Source of the DNA: Minisyncoccota bacterium
GTDB lineage: Bacteria; Patescibacteriota; Minisyncoccia; Phycocordibacterales; CSBR16-119
Reading direction: 5' to 3'
Assembly (NCBI GenBank): GCA_041389105.1
Contig: JAWKSO010000004.1
Span: 20,652-84,651, forward strand
Length of the DNA stretch: 64,000 bases
Part shown: positions 39,893 to 48,283 of the stretch, piece by piece
Layout: every line of letters begins with the position of its first letter
Numbering within the stretch: the first letter of the stretch is position 1
Translations under genes and position numbers: made by a program
The notes under the pieces: generated by a model
Told to the model about the DNA's origin: nothing
Seen by the model: only the letters and a program-made list of their open reading frames with translations
Database searches by the model: none

Positions 39893-40372
39893 AGAAGAGG
39901 CCCGTCGCTCTCCCGACGGGCTCTTGTTTCCTTTAGGCAGTCCTAGACCGCTAAAACATGCAGGTTTTCCTGCTGGCAAAGAACGATTGGATTGTTTTAA
40001 GGGAAATACATCCCACCCACGTGACTTTGTTTTTACTCCGACTCCGTAAAAAACGGTCCGTGCATACACAGGGTTTATCCAAAACAAAGAATACGATAAA
40101 TATGCTCCAAATGCAAACGGACCACCCCCAGAGGATGGTCCGTCTTGCTCGCCTGATCATCTCGCGATGACTTCTTGAAAGCGATAACGAGCAATATGCT
40201 CTTCGGCAACCAAGTTACGGGGGTAGTTCCCAATATTCCCATTAGAGGGATTTGACAATGGCTTGTGTATTAAGACTAGTACATCCAATTGCTTGGATAC
40301 TTCTGTCTATATAGACAACTATCGTCTACGCGGGTAGAACCTTTCGCTTGACTCCGGTTAGTAAAGAGCATC
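39893..40372 (-). ncRNA. unclassified ~480-nt noncoding transcription unit (large structured RNA candidate)
   Basis: Promoter at 40380-40407, terminator at 39897-39922, no ORF over 70 aa in any frame. Hairpins with GNRA loops: AUCCAA-GCAA-UUGGAU, UCAUC-GCGA-GAUGA. Also ACGGACCA..UGGUCCGU, GCAGG-AAAA-CCUGC and the palindrome GTCTATATAGAC. Confidence 0.4.
39897..39922 (-). terminator. intrinsic terminator
   Basis: Minus strand: GAGCCCGTCG-GGAGA-CGACGGGCCTC followed by TTCTTTTAATTT. Confidence 0.6.
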
Positions 40373-40379
40373 TGATTAC

Positions 40380-40407
40380 AGTATACTTCTGGTGAATTAT
40401 TTGTCAA
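40380..40407 (-). promoter_or_regulatory. sigma-70-type promoter (minus strand)
   Basis: Minus strand: TTGACA (40407-40402), 16 nt, TATACT (40385-40380). Divergent from miaA. Confidence 0.5.
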
Positions 40408-40434
40408 CTACTTACAAAAATGTATTATGTGAAT

Positions 40435-41271
40435 ATGTCAAAACCTAAAATCTATGTCGTTTGTGGTCCCACATCCACAGGTAAATCAGACTACGCTGTG
40501 AAGCTCGCACTAAAAGCAAACGGCGAGGTTATTTCTGCCGACTCTCGTCAGGTTTATATCGGTATGGATTTGGGAACTGGGAAAATAACAAAAGAAGAAA
40601 TGAAAGGCGTACCCCACCACCTTTTAGATATTAAAAACCCGAATGAAGATTTTTCTGTTGAAGAATTTCAGAGTCTAGCTTTTGAAAAAATAGAAAATAT
40701 TATTTCGCGTGGCAAAACTCCGATACTTTGCGGAGGCACAGGATACTATATTCAATCCGTCACAGATAACATCATCTTCCAAGAAATAAAGCCGAACAAA
40801 GCTCTCCGCGCAGAGCTCGAAGAAAAAACCATTGAAGAATTAAAAGAAATCCTAGAAAAAATCCCAAAAGAAGAAGGTGTGAAAGTGGACACAGAAAACA
40901 AACGCCGACTTATCCGCGCGATAGAGATTGGCGAATCTATGGGAACTCTGGCGTGCGTGAAAAAAGGCGAGCAAAAATACGACTTTGAATTTATTTATCT
41001 AGACAAACCGGACGAAGAGCTAAAAGAAAGAATAGCATTAAGACTTGAGAAAAGGCTCGAAGCTGGAATGATAGACGAGGTTAAAAACTTGCATGCAAAT
41101 GGTGTGTCTTGGGAAAGACTAGAAAGCTTTGGACTGGAATACAAATACATCGCACTTTTTCTGCAAGGACAAATGGATGAAGAGACCATGAAAGAGGAAA
41201 TAAAAACAAAAAGCCGCCAATATGCAAAAAGACAAAGGACTTGGTTTAAGAGGGTTTTACCTAAGAATTAA
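40435..41271 (+). CDS. miaA: tRNA dimethylallyltransferase MiaA
   Basis: IYVVCGPTSTGKSDYAVKLA, ISADSRQVYIGMDLGTGKIT, YAKRQRTWFKR. Start taken at MSKPK. Confidence 0.9.
   Translation: MSKPKIYVVCGPTSTGKSDYAVKLALKANGEVISADSRQVYIGMDLGTGKITKEEMKGVPHHLLDIKNPNEDFSVEEFQSLAFEKIENIISRGKTPILCGGTGYYIQSVTDNIIFQEIKPNKALRAELEEKTIEELKEILEKIPKEEGVKVDTENKRRLIRAIEIGESMGTLACVKKGEQKYDFEFIYLDKPDEELKERIALRLEKRLEAGMIDEVKNLHANGVSWERLESFGLEYKYIALFLQGQMDEETMKEEIKTKSRQYAKRQRTWFKRVLPKN
41226..41257 (+). repeat. 32-bp perfect direct repeat, copy 1 (inside the miaA 3' end)
   Basis: AAAAAGACAAAGGACTTGGTTTAAGAGGGTTT, identical to 41601..41632. Confidence 0.95.
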
Positions 41272-41600
41272 AAAGAGAGCCGCCCCGGAGGGCGGCTTAC
41301 TCGTGAAAACGTACATCATGTGGCGGGAATGCTTTACCCTTTTTCAAGTCGAGCCTCGAACCGAGCAGCAAAACCCATCGCAATAATGATCCACGGAAGA
41401 ACAACCCAGAATAGTCGGTGGTCTATCAGAAAACCATGGACTTGATTAACCAGAAGCCCGCCCTCGTGAAAGAGAAATAGTGGGCTGATCTCGGTCAAGA
41501 ACAATAAGGTGCCGAGAATGAATACGACACCCAGTATGTCGAGAAGTTTTTTTGTGTTCATCTGCGTTTCGGATTTACTTTAATATTAACAGAGATTTTT
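41258..41600. mobile_element. inserted cassette (terminator + small membrane-protein gene + its promoter region), no mobility gene
   Basis: Bounded by the 32-bp duplication of the miaA 3' end. Copy 2 would restore an alternative miaA end (..KRQRTWFKRV*) directly upstream of the hairpin at 41646. Confidence 0.45.
41334..41561 (-). CDS. small membrane protein (75 aa), G+C-rich
   Basis: MNTKKLLDILGVVFILGTLLFL..LFWVVLPWIIIAMGFAARF. Intact ORF with two or three TM segments. Confidence 0.5.
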   Translation of the reverse strand: MNTKKLLDILGVVFILGTLLFLTEISPLFLFHEGGLLVNQVHGFLIDHRLFWVVLPWIIIAMGFAARFEARLEKG

Positions 41601-41632
41601 AAAAAGACAAAGGACTTGGTTTAAGAGGGTTT
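41601..41632 (+). repeat. 32-bp perfect direct repeat, copy 2
   Basis: AAAAAGACAAAGGACTTGGTTTAAGAGGGTTT followed by AAAAATAA. Confidence 0.95.
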
Positions 41633-41645
41633 AAAAATAAAAGAT

Positions 41646-41680
41646 AAGGGGGTGTTGTATTTGCAACACCCCTTTTACTT
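41646..41680. terminator. bidirectional intrinsic terminator (probably the original miaA terminator)
   Basis: AAGGGGGTGTTG-TATTT-GCAACACCCCTT followed by TT. Confidence 0.65.
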
Positions 41681-41700
41681 TTCTCAACTTGAACAAAAGA

Positions 41701-41877
41701 TCAGCTTGTAACCTTTGGTTCTTCGTCTTTCTTGGAATCTAACGTGTTTGGCGTAGTTTTGAGAATTTGCTCATGTTGCCAACACTTCACACAGAACATC
41801 CCAGAACACACTCCAGGCATGAGCTCAAAAGAATGTTCTCCTCCTTTCGGGCACGGATTCGAGACTACGGTTTCCAT
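41701..41877 (-). CDS. 58-aa Cys-rich (zinc-ribbon-like) hypothetical protein
   Basis: METVVSNPCPKGGEHSFELMPGVCSGMFCVKCWQHEQILKTTPNTLDSKKDEEPKVTS*. Four Cys residues, G+C-rich. Ends at the 41646 hairpin. Confidence 0.4.
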   Translation of the reverse strand: METVVSNPCPKGGEHSFELMPGVCSGMFCVKCWQHEQILKTTPNTLDSKKDEEPKVTS

Positions 41878-42223
41878 CTTATTTGGTTTTGATTTGTTTA
41901 AAGAACAAAAAAAACACCAACCCCATACGAGCTGTGCTTTTTCTAATCCTTTTGTTTAATTTCGGTTTAATTAACGAGAAGAAGCACCAACCCACAAGTT
42001 GTTGATGTTCCAGTAATAAGAAAATAAATTTTTAATTTTTACGTCCATAAAAGTATTATTTCAAATTACTAAGTTTTTGTCAAAATATTTAAAACTAGAT
42101 TTTTAAGTCAAAATGATATAATATCTAACAGTTGGTTCTTTGAATTTTTTAGGATAACGGAAAGTCTGTTATCCACGATCTCGCATTCTGGAACTGCTAC
42201 GCAGGTCTATATGACGAGATCAT

Positions 42224-42294
42224 GGGCGATTAGTTTAGTGGTAGAACAGCGGTCTCCAAAACCGCTGGCGGGAGTTCGATTCTTCCATCGCCCG
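42224..42294 (+). tRNA. tRNA-Trp (anticodon CCA)
   Basis: GGGCGATTAGTTTAGTGGTAGAACAGCGGTCTCCAAAACCGCTGGCGGGAGTTCGATTCTTCCATCGCCCG. Confidence 0.85.
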
Positions 42295-42297
42295 CAT

Positions 42298-42353
42298 AAG
42301 AAATAAGTAAATCAAAAAATCCCGCAAGGGATTTTTTGATTTACTTATTTCTT
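42298..42353. terminator. 26-bp perfect hairpin with GCAA loop (bidirectional terminator)
   Basis: AAGAAATAAGTAAATCAAAAAATCCC-GCAA-GGGATTTTTTGATTTACTTATTTCTT. The rpmG stop codon lies in the right arm. Confidence 0.75.
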
Positions 42354-42500
42354 TGCCTCAGTGAAAGTAACGTGCTTTCGCAAAGTTTTGTCGTATTTTC
42401 GAAGTTTAAGCTTTTCAGGGTTTTGCTTCTTGTTTTTAACAGTCCTGATTATAAGCTTTGACTTGTCGCTCTTTAATTTTATTAGTGTATCTTGTGACAT
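42345..42500 (-). CDS. rpmG: 50S ribosomal protein L33
   Basis: MSQDTLIKLKSDKSKLIIRTVKNKKQNPEKLKLRKYDKTLRKHVTFTEAKK* (Cys-less L33 type). Not in the ORF track because it is under 60 aa. Confidence 0.8.
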   Translation of the reverse strand: MSQDTLIKLKSDKSKLIIRTVKNKKQNPEKLKLRKYDKTLRKHVTFTEAKK

Positions 42501-42563
42501 AAATCTATTTCTTAAATGATGTTGGTATATTAATACAAAATCGAAATCTTTGCAAGGGGTTTA

Positions 42564-42980
42564 CTAAAAGACAATATAAAGGAAAATCGGAAGCATCCAA
42601 GTGATAAAATCGATAATCCCCTTCTGAGGCTTTTGGTCATAGTAATGAGGATGAAGATAGAACTCTTGAGCAGTAATACAGATAATGGTTAAAACAAGAA
42701 GAGAAAACCCATTAAAGAAACTCATGTGTTTTATCATCTGATCGGCGATAAAGACAATAAGCACAGACCCAGAAAAATGAAATAAAGCTCGCCACAAAAG
42801 AAGTTTCGGAGCTTTGAGAGAATATGCGTCATCAAACTCTTTAATATTTTTTTCTTTTATATACGCATAAGCTCTTTCACCTGAGAGAACTTTGCCCTCT
42901 TTTGTTTTTTCATTAAAAGGGTAAAGTCTTTCTGGAAAAGTTATGAGGTAGTCGTAGAATTTTTTAGCTGTGTTCCACAT
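42564..42980 (-). CDS. hypothetical membrane protein (138 aa)
   Basis: Intact ORF with three hydrophobic segments. No family recognised. Confidence 0.5.
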   Translation of the reverse strand: MWNTAKKFYDYLITFPERLYPFNEKTKEGKVLSGERAYAYIKEKNIKEFDDAYSLKAPKLLLWRALFHFSGSVLIVFIADQMIKHMSFFNGFSLLVLTIICITAQEFYLHPHYYDQKPQKGIIDFITWMLPIFLYIVF

Positions 42981-42983
42981 AGT

Positions 42984-43730
42984 TTAAAAGTTTTTTCTTT
43001 TCCATTCATAAGCCACAATAGCAGCAGAGACAGAAGCGTTTAGAGATTCTACATCTCGTTCCATCGGGATTTGGATTGTATAATCGCAAGATTTTCTAAC
43101 AGAGTCTCGCATACCTTCGCCTTCGTTTCCGATAACGACCGCTGTCGGTGTGTCGTAAGCTTCTTCCCAAACATTTTTTCCTTTTTCGACATCAAGACCC
43201 ACGACCCAGAATTTATGTTCTTTAATTTTTTTGATAGCGTCATTTATATTTGAAACGATAACGATAGGAACTTTTGTTATAGTTCCTGCAGAAGTTTTGA
43301 AAACTGTTCCGTTTACTGGAGCTTGGCGGTGTTTTGAAAGTATAACTCCAGCAGCACCAGAAGCCGCAGCAACACGGATCACAGCTCCAACATTGTGCGG
43401 ATCTTCGAGTTCATCCAAAACAAAAACAAGGGGATTTGATTCAAGGTCTAGATTTTCCATCCATTCGTGAATATCTTCGCCCTTAAACTCTTTTAGCTCC
43501 GCTACGACTCCTTGATCGTTTACATCGCCCACCAGAGATTCTATTTTGTTCTTAGGAGACTTGATAAAAGGGATTTTGTGCTTTCGAACATAGTTTTTAA
43601 CTTCTTCGAAAACTTCGTCTTTTACAGATTCATGAACAATAACCTGAGCGACGTTTTTCGGGTCGTGCAAAAGAGCCTCTTCAACAGGCTTTCTTCCGTA
43701 GATATAGAAACTTGATTTCTTTTTATACAT
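42984..43730 (-). CDS. rlmB: TrmH/SpoU family RNA 2'-O-methyltransferase (RlmB-like)
   Basis: LDELEDPHNVGAVIRVAAASGA, VVIGNEGEGM, IPMERDVESLNASVSAAI. Confidence 0.8.
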   Translation of the reverse strand: MYKKKSSFYIYGRKPVEEALLHDPKNVAQVIVHESVKDEVFEEVKNYVRKHKIPFIKSPKNKIESLVGDVNDQGVVAELKEFKGEDIHEWMENLDLESNPLVFVLDELEDPHNVGAVIRVAAASGAAGVILSKHRQAPVNGTVFKTSAGTITKVPIVIVSNINDAIKKIKEHKFWVVGLDVEKGKNVWEEAYDTPTAVVIGNEGEGMRDSVRKSCDYTIQIPMERDVESLNASVSAAIVAYEWKRKNF

Positions 43731-43811
43731 AACGACACAATACAGAAAAATTTGCTTTTTAGCAAGGTTATATTGAAATCTGGTTTTTATTGTGCTATTG
43801 TATGAAAGTTC

Positions 43812-43894
43812 GCGTCGGTGGCGGAGTGGTCAATCGCACTTGACTGTAAATCAAGCGACTTATGTCTACGCAGGTTCAAATCCTGCCCGGCGCA
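43812..43894 (+). tRNA. tRNA-Tyr (anticodon GTA), long variable arm
   Basis: GCGTCGGTGGCGGAGTGGTCAATCGCACTTGACTGTAAATCAAGCGACTTATGTCTACGCAGGTTCAAATCCTGCCCGGCGCA. Confidence 0.85.
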
Positions 43895-43960
43895 CAAATA
43901 TAATTTAATATTATATAATTGAAAGTATTAAGGAGTTCTTTTATAGTTTTAGACTGGCTT

Positions 43961-44014
43961 TCTTGCGACACAAGAACCTGGAAAATAATTTTTCTTAGTT
44001 ATTGTGTCGCAAGA
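43961..44014 (+). promoter_or_regulatory. 5' leader hairpin (13-bp stem, 28-nt loop)
   Basis: TCTTGCGACACAA ... TTGTGTCGCAAGA: perfect complement, ending 22 nt before the ATG at 44036. Confidence 0.45.
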
Positions 44015-44035
44015 ATTAACCAAATCACTAATCAA

Positions 44036-44410
44036 ATGGGAACTACCATGAAGTACACACTCGAAGAAGTCCAAACAAAAGAAGGTACTGTCTTAGTACT
44101 TCTCAGCTTCACAGGCGAGAAAAAGGGTTCGATCCTGAAAGACGCAGATCTTTATCCTATCATCAAAGATGAAGGACTGCGATCAGTAAATAAATCAGAG
44201 TTCGAAAGCCTACGCCTTACAATTCGAAACACAACTGTTCCAATCGCCGCGTTTGGTAACGAAGCATCTGGAAATTCGGAAGCTCGTTTTACTGGTGTTC
44301 CATTTCTTGACACCGACGGAAAAGTAAAGGTGATGGAGAACTGGACGCGTGGGGGCAATGGTGATGAATGGTACGGGCAGTGGAAGTTCGCTTTTGCACG
44401 AACAAGCTAG
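44036..44410 (+). CDS. hypothetical protein (124 aa), G+C-rich ORFan
   Basis: MGTTMKYTLEEVQTKEGTVLVLLSFTGEKKG... Intact. The upstream part of ORF 43919..44410 overlaps the leader hairpin and is probably not coding. Confidence 0.5.
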   Translation: MGTTMKYTLEEVQTKEGTVLVLLSFTGEKKGSILKDADLYPIIKDEGLRSVNKSEFESLRLTIRNTTVPIAAFGNEASGNSEARFTGVPFLDTDGKVKVMENWTRGGNGDEWYGQWKFAFARTS

Positions 44411-44433
44411 TCTTCAGACAACGACACAGATTT

Positions 44434-44472
44434 AAGCCCCTTGTATATTCATTATTGATTTGCAAGGGGCTT
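44434..44472. terminator. bidirectional terminator
   Basis: AAGCCCCTTG (19-nt loop) CAAGGGGCTT followed by TTTTC. Confidence 0.6.
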
Positions 44473-44477
44473 TTTCT

Positions 44478-45241
44478 TTATTCTCTCACCTTATAAGTCT
44501 CTAAATCAACTCTGTCGAATTCTATTATTTTTTTCTCTGACAGGTCATACCACGCCCTTGAGTATGGATTTTCATCCCAAGAAAATTTAAATGGATTTAA
44601 TTGATAAAGATATATTACAGACTTTGGAGTTTTTCCTGGATAACAAATCAGAAGCCACTTTTGGTGATTATTTATAAACTCATTATTTATTTTAGCTTTG
44701 TTGTGAGTCAAAAAATAAGTCATTAAGGATTCTTCTAGGAAAAAGTTTATGTGATTTTCGTCAAAACTAACATTAAAAGTTTTGCAATCTTCTTTTATAT
44801 ACTCTTGGAAAACTTCGTCTTTTTGATAGATCTTTTTTAAATCAGAAAATAAATCAGAGAAATTATTTGTACCTACATAAAGCTGATTCCACACAGTGTA
44901 GTTAAAAGCATTTTGAATTTGAAACTCCATATAGTTTTTTTCTATAAATCCCTGAAAAGAATTTTTATGCCGAATAACCATATTCATAAAAGAATTTTTC
45001 ATCATACTTGCCGGACGATCTTCATTATACAGATACAAAAAGTCTGTATAAAGTAAGTTAAAGCCAACGAGGGGTTTAGAAAGTTTTGGCATGAAATTTC
45101 TGGCAAATTCCAAACAATCTTTTGAAGATTCACCGCCGTGATCCATTCTATTCATAGAAACTCCCACAACCAAAAGCCCCTTCTCCGCCGGAAGCTTATT
45201 TATATCGAAGAAAACATTTTTTTCGTCTTTGGGTTTGCCAT
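44478..45241 (-). CDS. possible tRNA-dependent cyclodipeptide synthase (CDPS, XYP-like); one frame correction needed near the 5' end
   Basis: ORF 44478..45173 plus MANPK.. start at 45241 (A7 run). LLVVGVSMN (Ser pocket), NFSDLFSDLKKIYQKDEVFQEYIKEDCKTF, INFFLEESL (Glu), LLICYPGKTP (Tyr-Pro). Size ~250 aa. Motif order matched from memory. Confidence 0.4.
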
Positions 45242-45242
45242 A

Positions 45243-47939
45243 TTAAGCCAACGTCTTTTTATTTTGAGTAACTTTTGGTTTTCTTGGTGCGCGAGATTTC
45301 TTCGCCACAACAACATCCAAATCTTCACCCTTCATATCCACCATAACTTTATCACCCGCCAAAAGAGATTCGCTGATTATTTTTCCTGCGACAGGATTTA
45401 GGATTTTAGTTTGATAAGTCTGTTTAGAGGTCGTGCGCCGTATTTTTGATCGTAACCTTCTTTTCCTAAATACGCCAAAGCCTTTGTCTGTGATATTTAG
45501 AAGAATTCCTTTTCGAGTAATCTTTCTCGAACTTTTTCCACTCGGATTTTTACAATTTCTGAAATAACTTCTGGAGAAAGCACGTCGAAAACAATAATCT
45601 CGTCGAGTCTGTTTAAAAATTCTGGTCGGAAGTGGTTTTTCAAAGCTTCCATAACTTTTTCTTTGTATTGTTGTATTCGTCTTTGTCAGAATTGTCAGAG
45701 AAAAACCAATTCGCTCCATTTTGTCGATGTATTGCGAACCGATATTTGAAGTCAAAATAATAACTGTGTTTTTGAAGTTTACAACGCGACCTTTTCCGTC
45801 TGTAAGTCGGCCTTCGTCTAGAACTTGAAGCAGTATATTGAAAACTTCTGGATGAGCTTTTTCTATCTCGTCGAAAAGTATCACAGAGTATGGTCGGTGT
45901 CGCACAGCTTCTGTAAGCTGTCCTGATTCGTCGTGACCGACGTATCCTGGTGGCGAACCGATAAGCTTAGACACGCTGTGTCGTTCCATGTATTCAGACA
46001 TATCAACTCTGATCAGCGCTTTATCGTCGTTGAACATAAATTCTGCCAAAGTTTTCGTAAGCTCTGTTTTACCAACTCCAGTCGGTCCAAGTAAAATAAA
46101 AGAACCTATTGGTTTGTTCGGGTCAGAAATACCGGCTCTGTTTCGGCGGATAGTGTCAGAGATTTTGATTATCGCTTCTTTTTGTCCGACGACTCTTTTC
46201 GCCAGCTCTTCTTCCATACGAGCTAGTTTTCTTCGCTCTTCTTCAAGCATTCTCGAAAGAGGGATTCCAGTCCATCGTGACACGACGTGTGCAATATCTT
46301 CTTCGTTAATCTCTTCACGAAGAACTCTTCGAGATTTTTGGAGTTTTTTGAGTTTTGCCATTTTTTTATCTAGCTCTTTTTGTATGAAAGGAATTTTTCC
46401 GTATCGGATTTCTGCTGCACGTCCGAGGTCTGCTTGTGTTTCAGCGCTCAGCCTCAAAACGCAAGGTTTCGAGTTTGGTTTTACATTCTTTTATTTCTCC
46501 GAGAGTTTCTTTTCGTTTTTCCACTTTAATTCTAGCTCTTTTGTTTTTTCTTTTAGTTCACCGATTTCTTTTGAGATTTCTTGCATTCTGTTTTTTGCGT
46601 TTTCAGAAGACGAAGTTTTGTTTTCCAAATCTTTTGACAATGCTTCTTTTTCAATCTCGAGTCGCATTATTTTTCTATGAGCGTCTTCTAAGACTTCTGG
46701 TTTGTTTTCGAGTTCCATTCGAAGAGCCGAAGAAGCTTCGTCTATTAAGTCCACCGCTTTGTCTGGTAGAAATCTACTAGTTAAATATCTTGTACTCAAA
46801 TCCACTGCCGTTAGGATGGCGTCGTCTGTGATTCGCACTCCGTGATACAGCTCGTACTTTTCTTTCAGTCCGCGAAGTATCGCCACCGTGTCTTCCTTAC
46901 TTGGCTCTTCAACATAAACAGGTTGGAAACGTCTTGCTAGCGCCGCATCTTTTTCGATATGTTTTTGATATTCTTTTATTGTTGTCGCACCAATAGCGCG
47001 AAGCTCTCCACGAGCAAGCGCTGGCTTTAAAAGTTGAGCCGCATCCAAAGATCCATCGGAACTCCCAGCTCCGACTATCATGTGGATTTCATCGATAAAG
47101 AGAATAAATTTTCCTTCTGACCTTTCTATTTCTTTCATTATCCCCTTTAGACGCTCTTCGAATTCTCCTCTGTATTTTGTCCCGGCGATAAGAGAACCGA
47201 TATCAAGAGACACGAGTTCTTTGTTTTTTAGAGAATCAGACACATCCCCCTTTGCTATTCTTTGCGCCAAACCTTCCACAGCGGCTGTCTTACCCACGCC
47301 CGGCTCACCGATAAGTATCGGATTGTTTTTGGTTCTTCGAGAAAGAATTTGCATGATTCGCATAATCTCAGAGTCGCGCCCGATTACAGGGTCCAACTTA
47401 TCTTCCTTTGCAAGTGAAGTTAGGTTTCTAGTGTATTTTGCTAAAAGTCTAAACTGAGATTTTACAGAAGAAACTTTTCCGTTTTCTTGGCGGAGTTCGT
47501 TTAGAGCTTTCATCACTTCTTTTTTCTCTATTTTAAATTGGTTTAAGATATCTTTCATTTCACCTTGAACATCGAGTATCGCGATGAAAAGATGTTCAGT
47601 AGAAACAAAATCGTCTTTTAAGATTTTTGCCACCTTACTTGCATTTTCTATCACACCAGCTAAGTCTGGAGTTAGGTAGAGTTGAAATGATGCAGAAACT
47701 GTGTTTGCAGATTCTGGTGGATCGATACTTTCGATTATGTGACTTGAAAGAAGTATTGTATCGACTTCAAGTTTTTCTAAAATAGACAAAACCATAGACT
47801 CATCTTGAAGTAAAAGTGCCGCAAAAAGGTGTGAAGAGTTTACGTGGTTTTGTCCGCGTTCAACAGCCAATTCGTGTGCTCGACGAATAGCTTCTTTGGC
47901 TTTTGTAGTGAAATTGTGAAATGGAGGTTGTTGTTGCAT
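45243..47939 (-). pseudogene. clpB: chaperone ClpB, C-terminal half frameshifted
   Basis: ORF 46491..47939: Clp-N, GEPGVGKTA, coiled-coil M-domain. ORF 45243..46457: [14 protein letters not shown], then the frame is lost in the last ~130 codons. Confidence 0.9.
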
Positions 47940-47960
47940 ATATTTTTTAATTACGAACGT

Positions 47961-47989
47961 ATAATAACACGGAAAATAGTTGCGGTCAA
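47961..47989 (-). promoter_or_regulatory. candidate clpB promoter
   Basis: Minus strand: TTGACC, 17 nt, TATTAT. Confidence 0.35.
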
Positions 47990-48107
47990 ATTAGTGGGTT
48001 TCAGGAGGTGTTTCTTTTATTTTAACATATAAATTATATCTTTTCTTTTCTTTTACTTTAAAATATTCTCTTACTTTTTTCATGATAAAAAAGTAACAAA
48101 AACTCTA

Positions 48108-48264
48108 GACCCACACTTCACACCTAAAACTAAGATAATTTAAGTCAAAAAACTAGTAAACTCGCCCAGCCTAGCAATGTCTATACGTTGCTAGGCTGGC
48201 CTCAAACATACTAGTTTTTAAGACAAATTACCTTAGTTTCTTAACGGTGTTCTCGTGTAGGGTC
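48108..48264. repeat. ~157-nt imperfect long hairpin (MITE-like element or structured RNA)
   Basis: Apex CCAGCCTAGCAA-N10-TTGCTAGGCTGG (12 bp), then AAAAACTAGTA/TACTAGTTTTT (11 bp), then CTAAGATAATTT..GTC/GAC..AAATTA.CCTTAG, then CACC/GGTG and CCCACAC/GTGT.GGG tiers. Confidence 0.6.
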
Positions 48265-48283
48265 GGAGGTGGTTTATTTATAC

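Noticed and set aside
39955-40030. GCCAGCAGGAAAACCTGC (minus strand), plus nearby AATCC and GGGA, looked like a cobalamin-riboswitch B12 box.
   Set aside because: The CCCGCCACUG core and the rest of the consensus are absent. The downstream gene is a peroxiredoxin, and the unit is far longer than a riboswitch.
40219-40260. Plus-strand GGGGGTAGTTC...GGGATTTGACA resembles the tmRNA 5' end (GGGG..GGAUUCGAC).
   Set aside because: No T-arm/acceptor 3' domain (GGTTCGA..CCACCA) and no tag reading frame downstream. A 350-nt tmRNA would run into miaA. The promoter and terminator are on the other strand.
48166-48199. The apex of the long hairpin (TAGCAA-N10-TTGCTA), upstream of clpB, looked like a CIRCE/HrcA operator.
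   Set aside because: CIRCE is TTAGCACTC-N9-GAGTGCTAA. Only the TAGCA/TGCTA cores match, the spacing differs, and complementarity extends about 70 nt on each side, unlike an operator.
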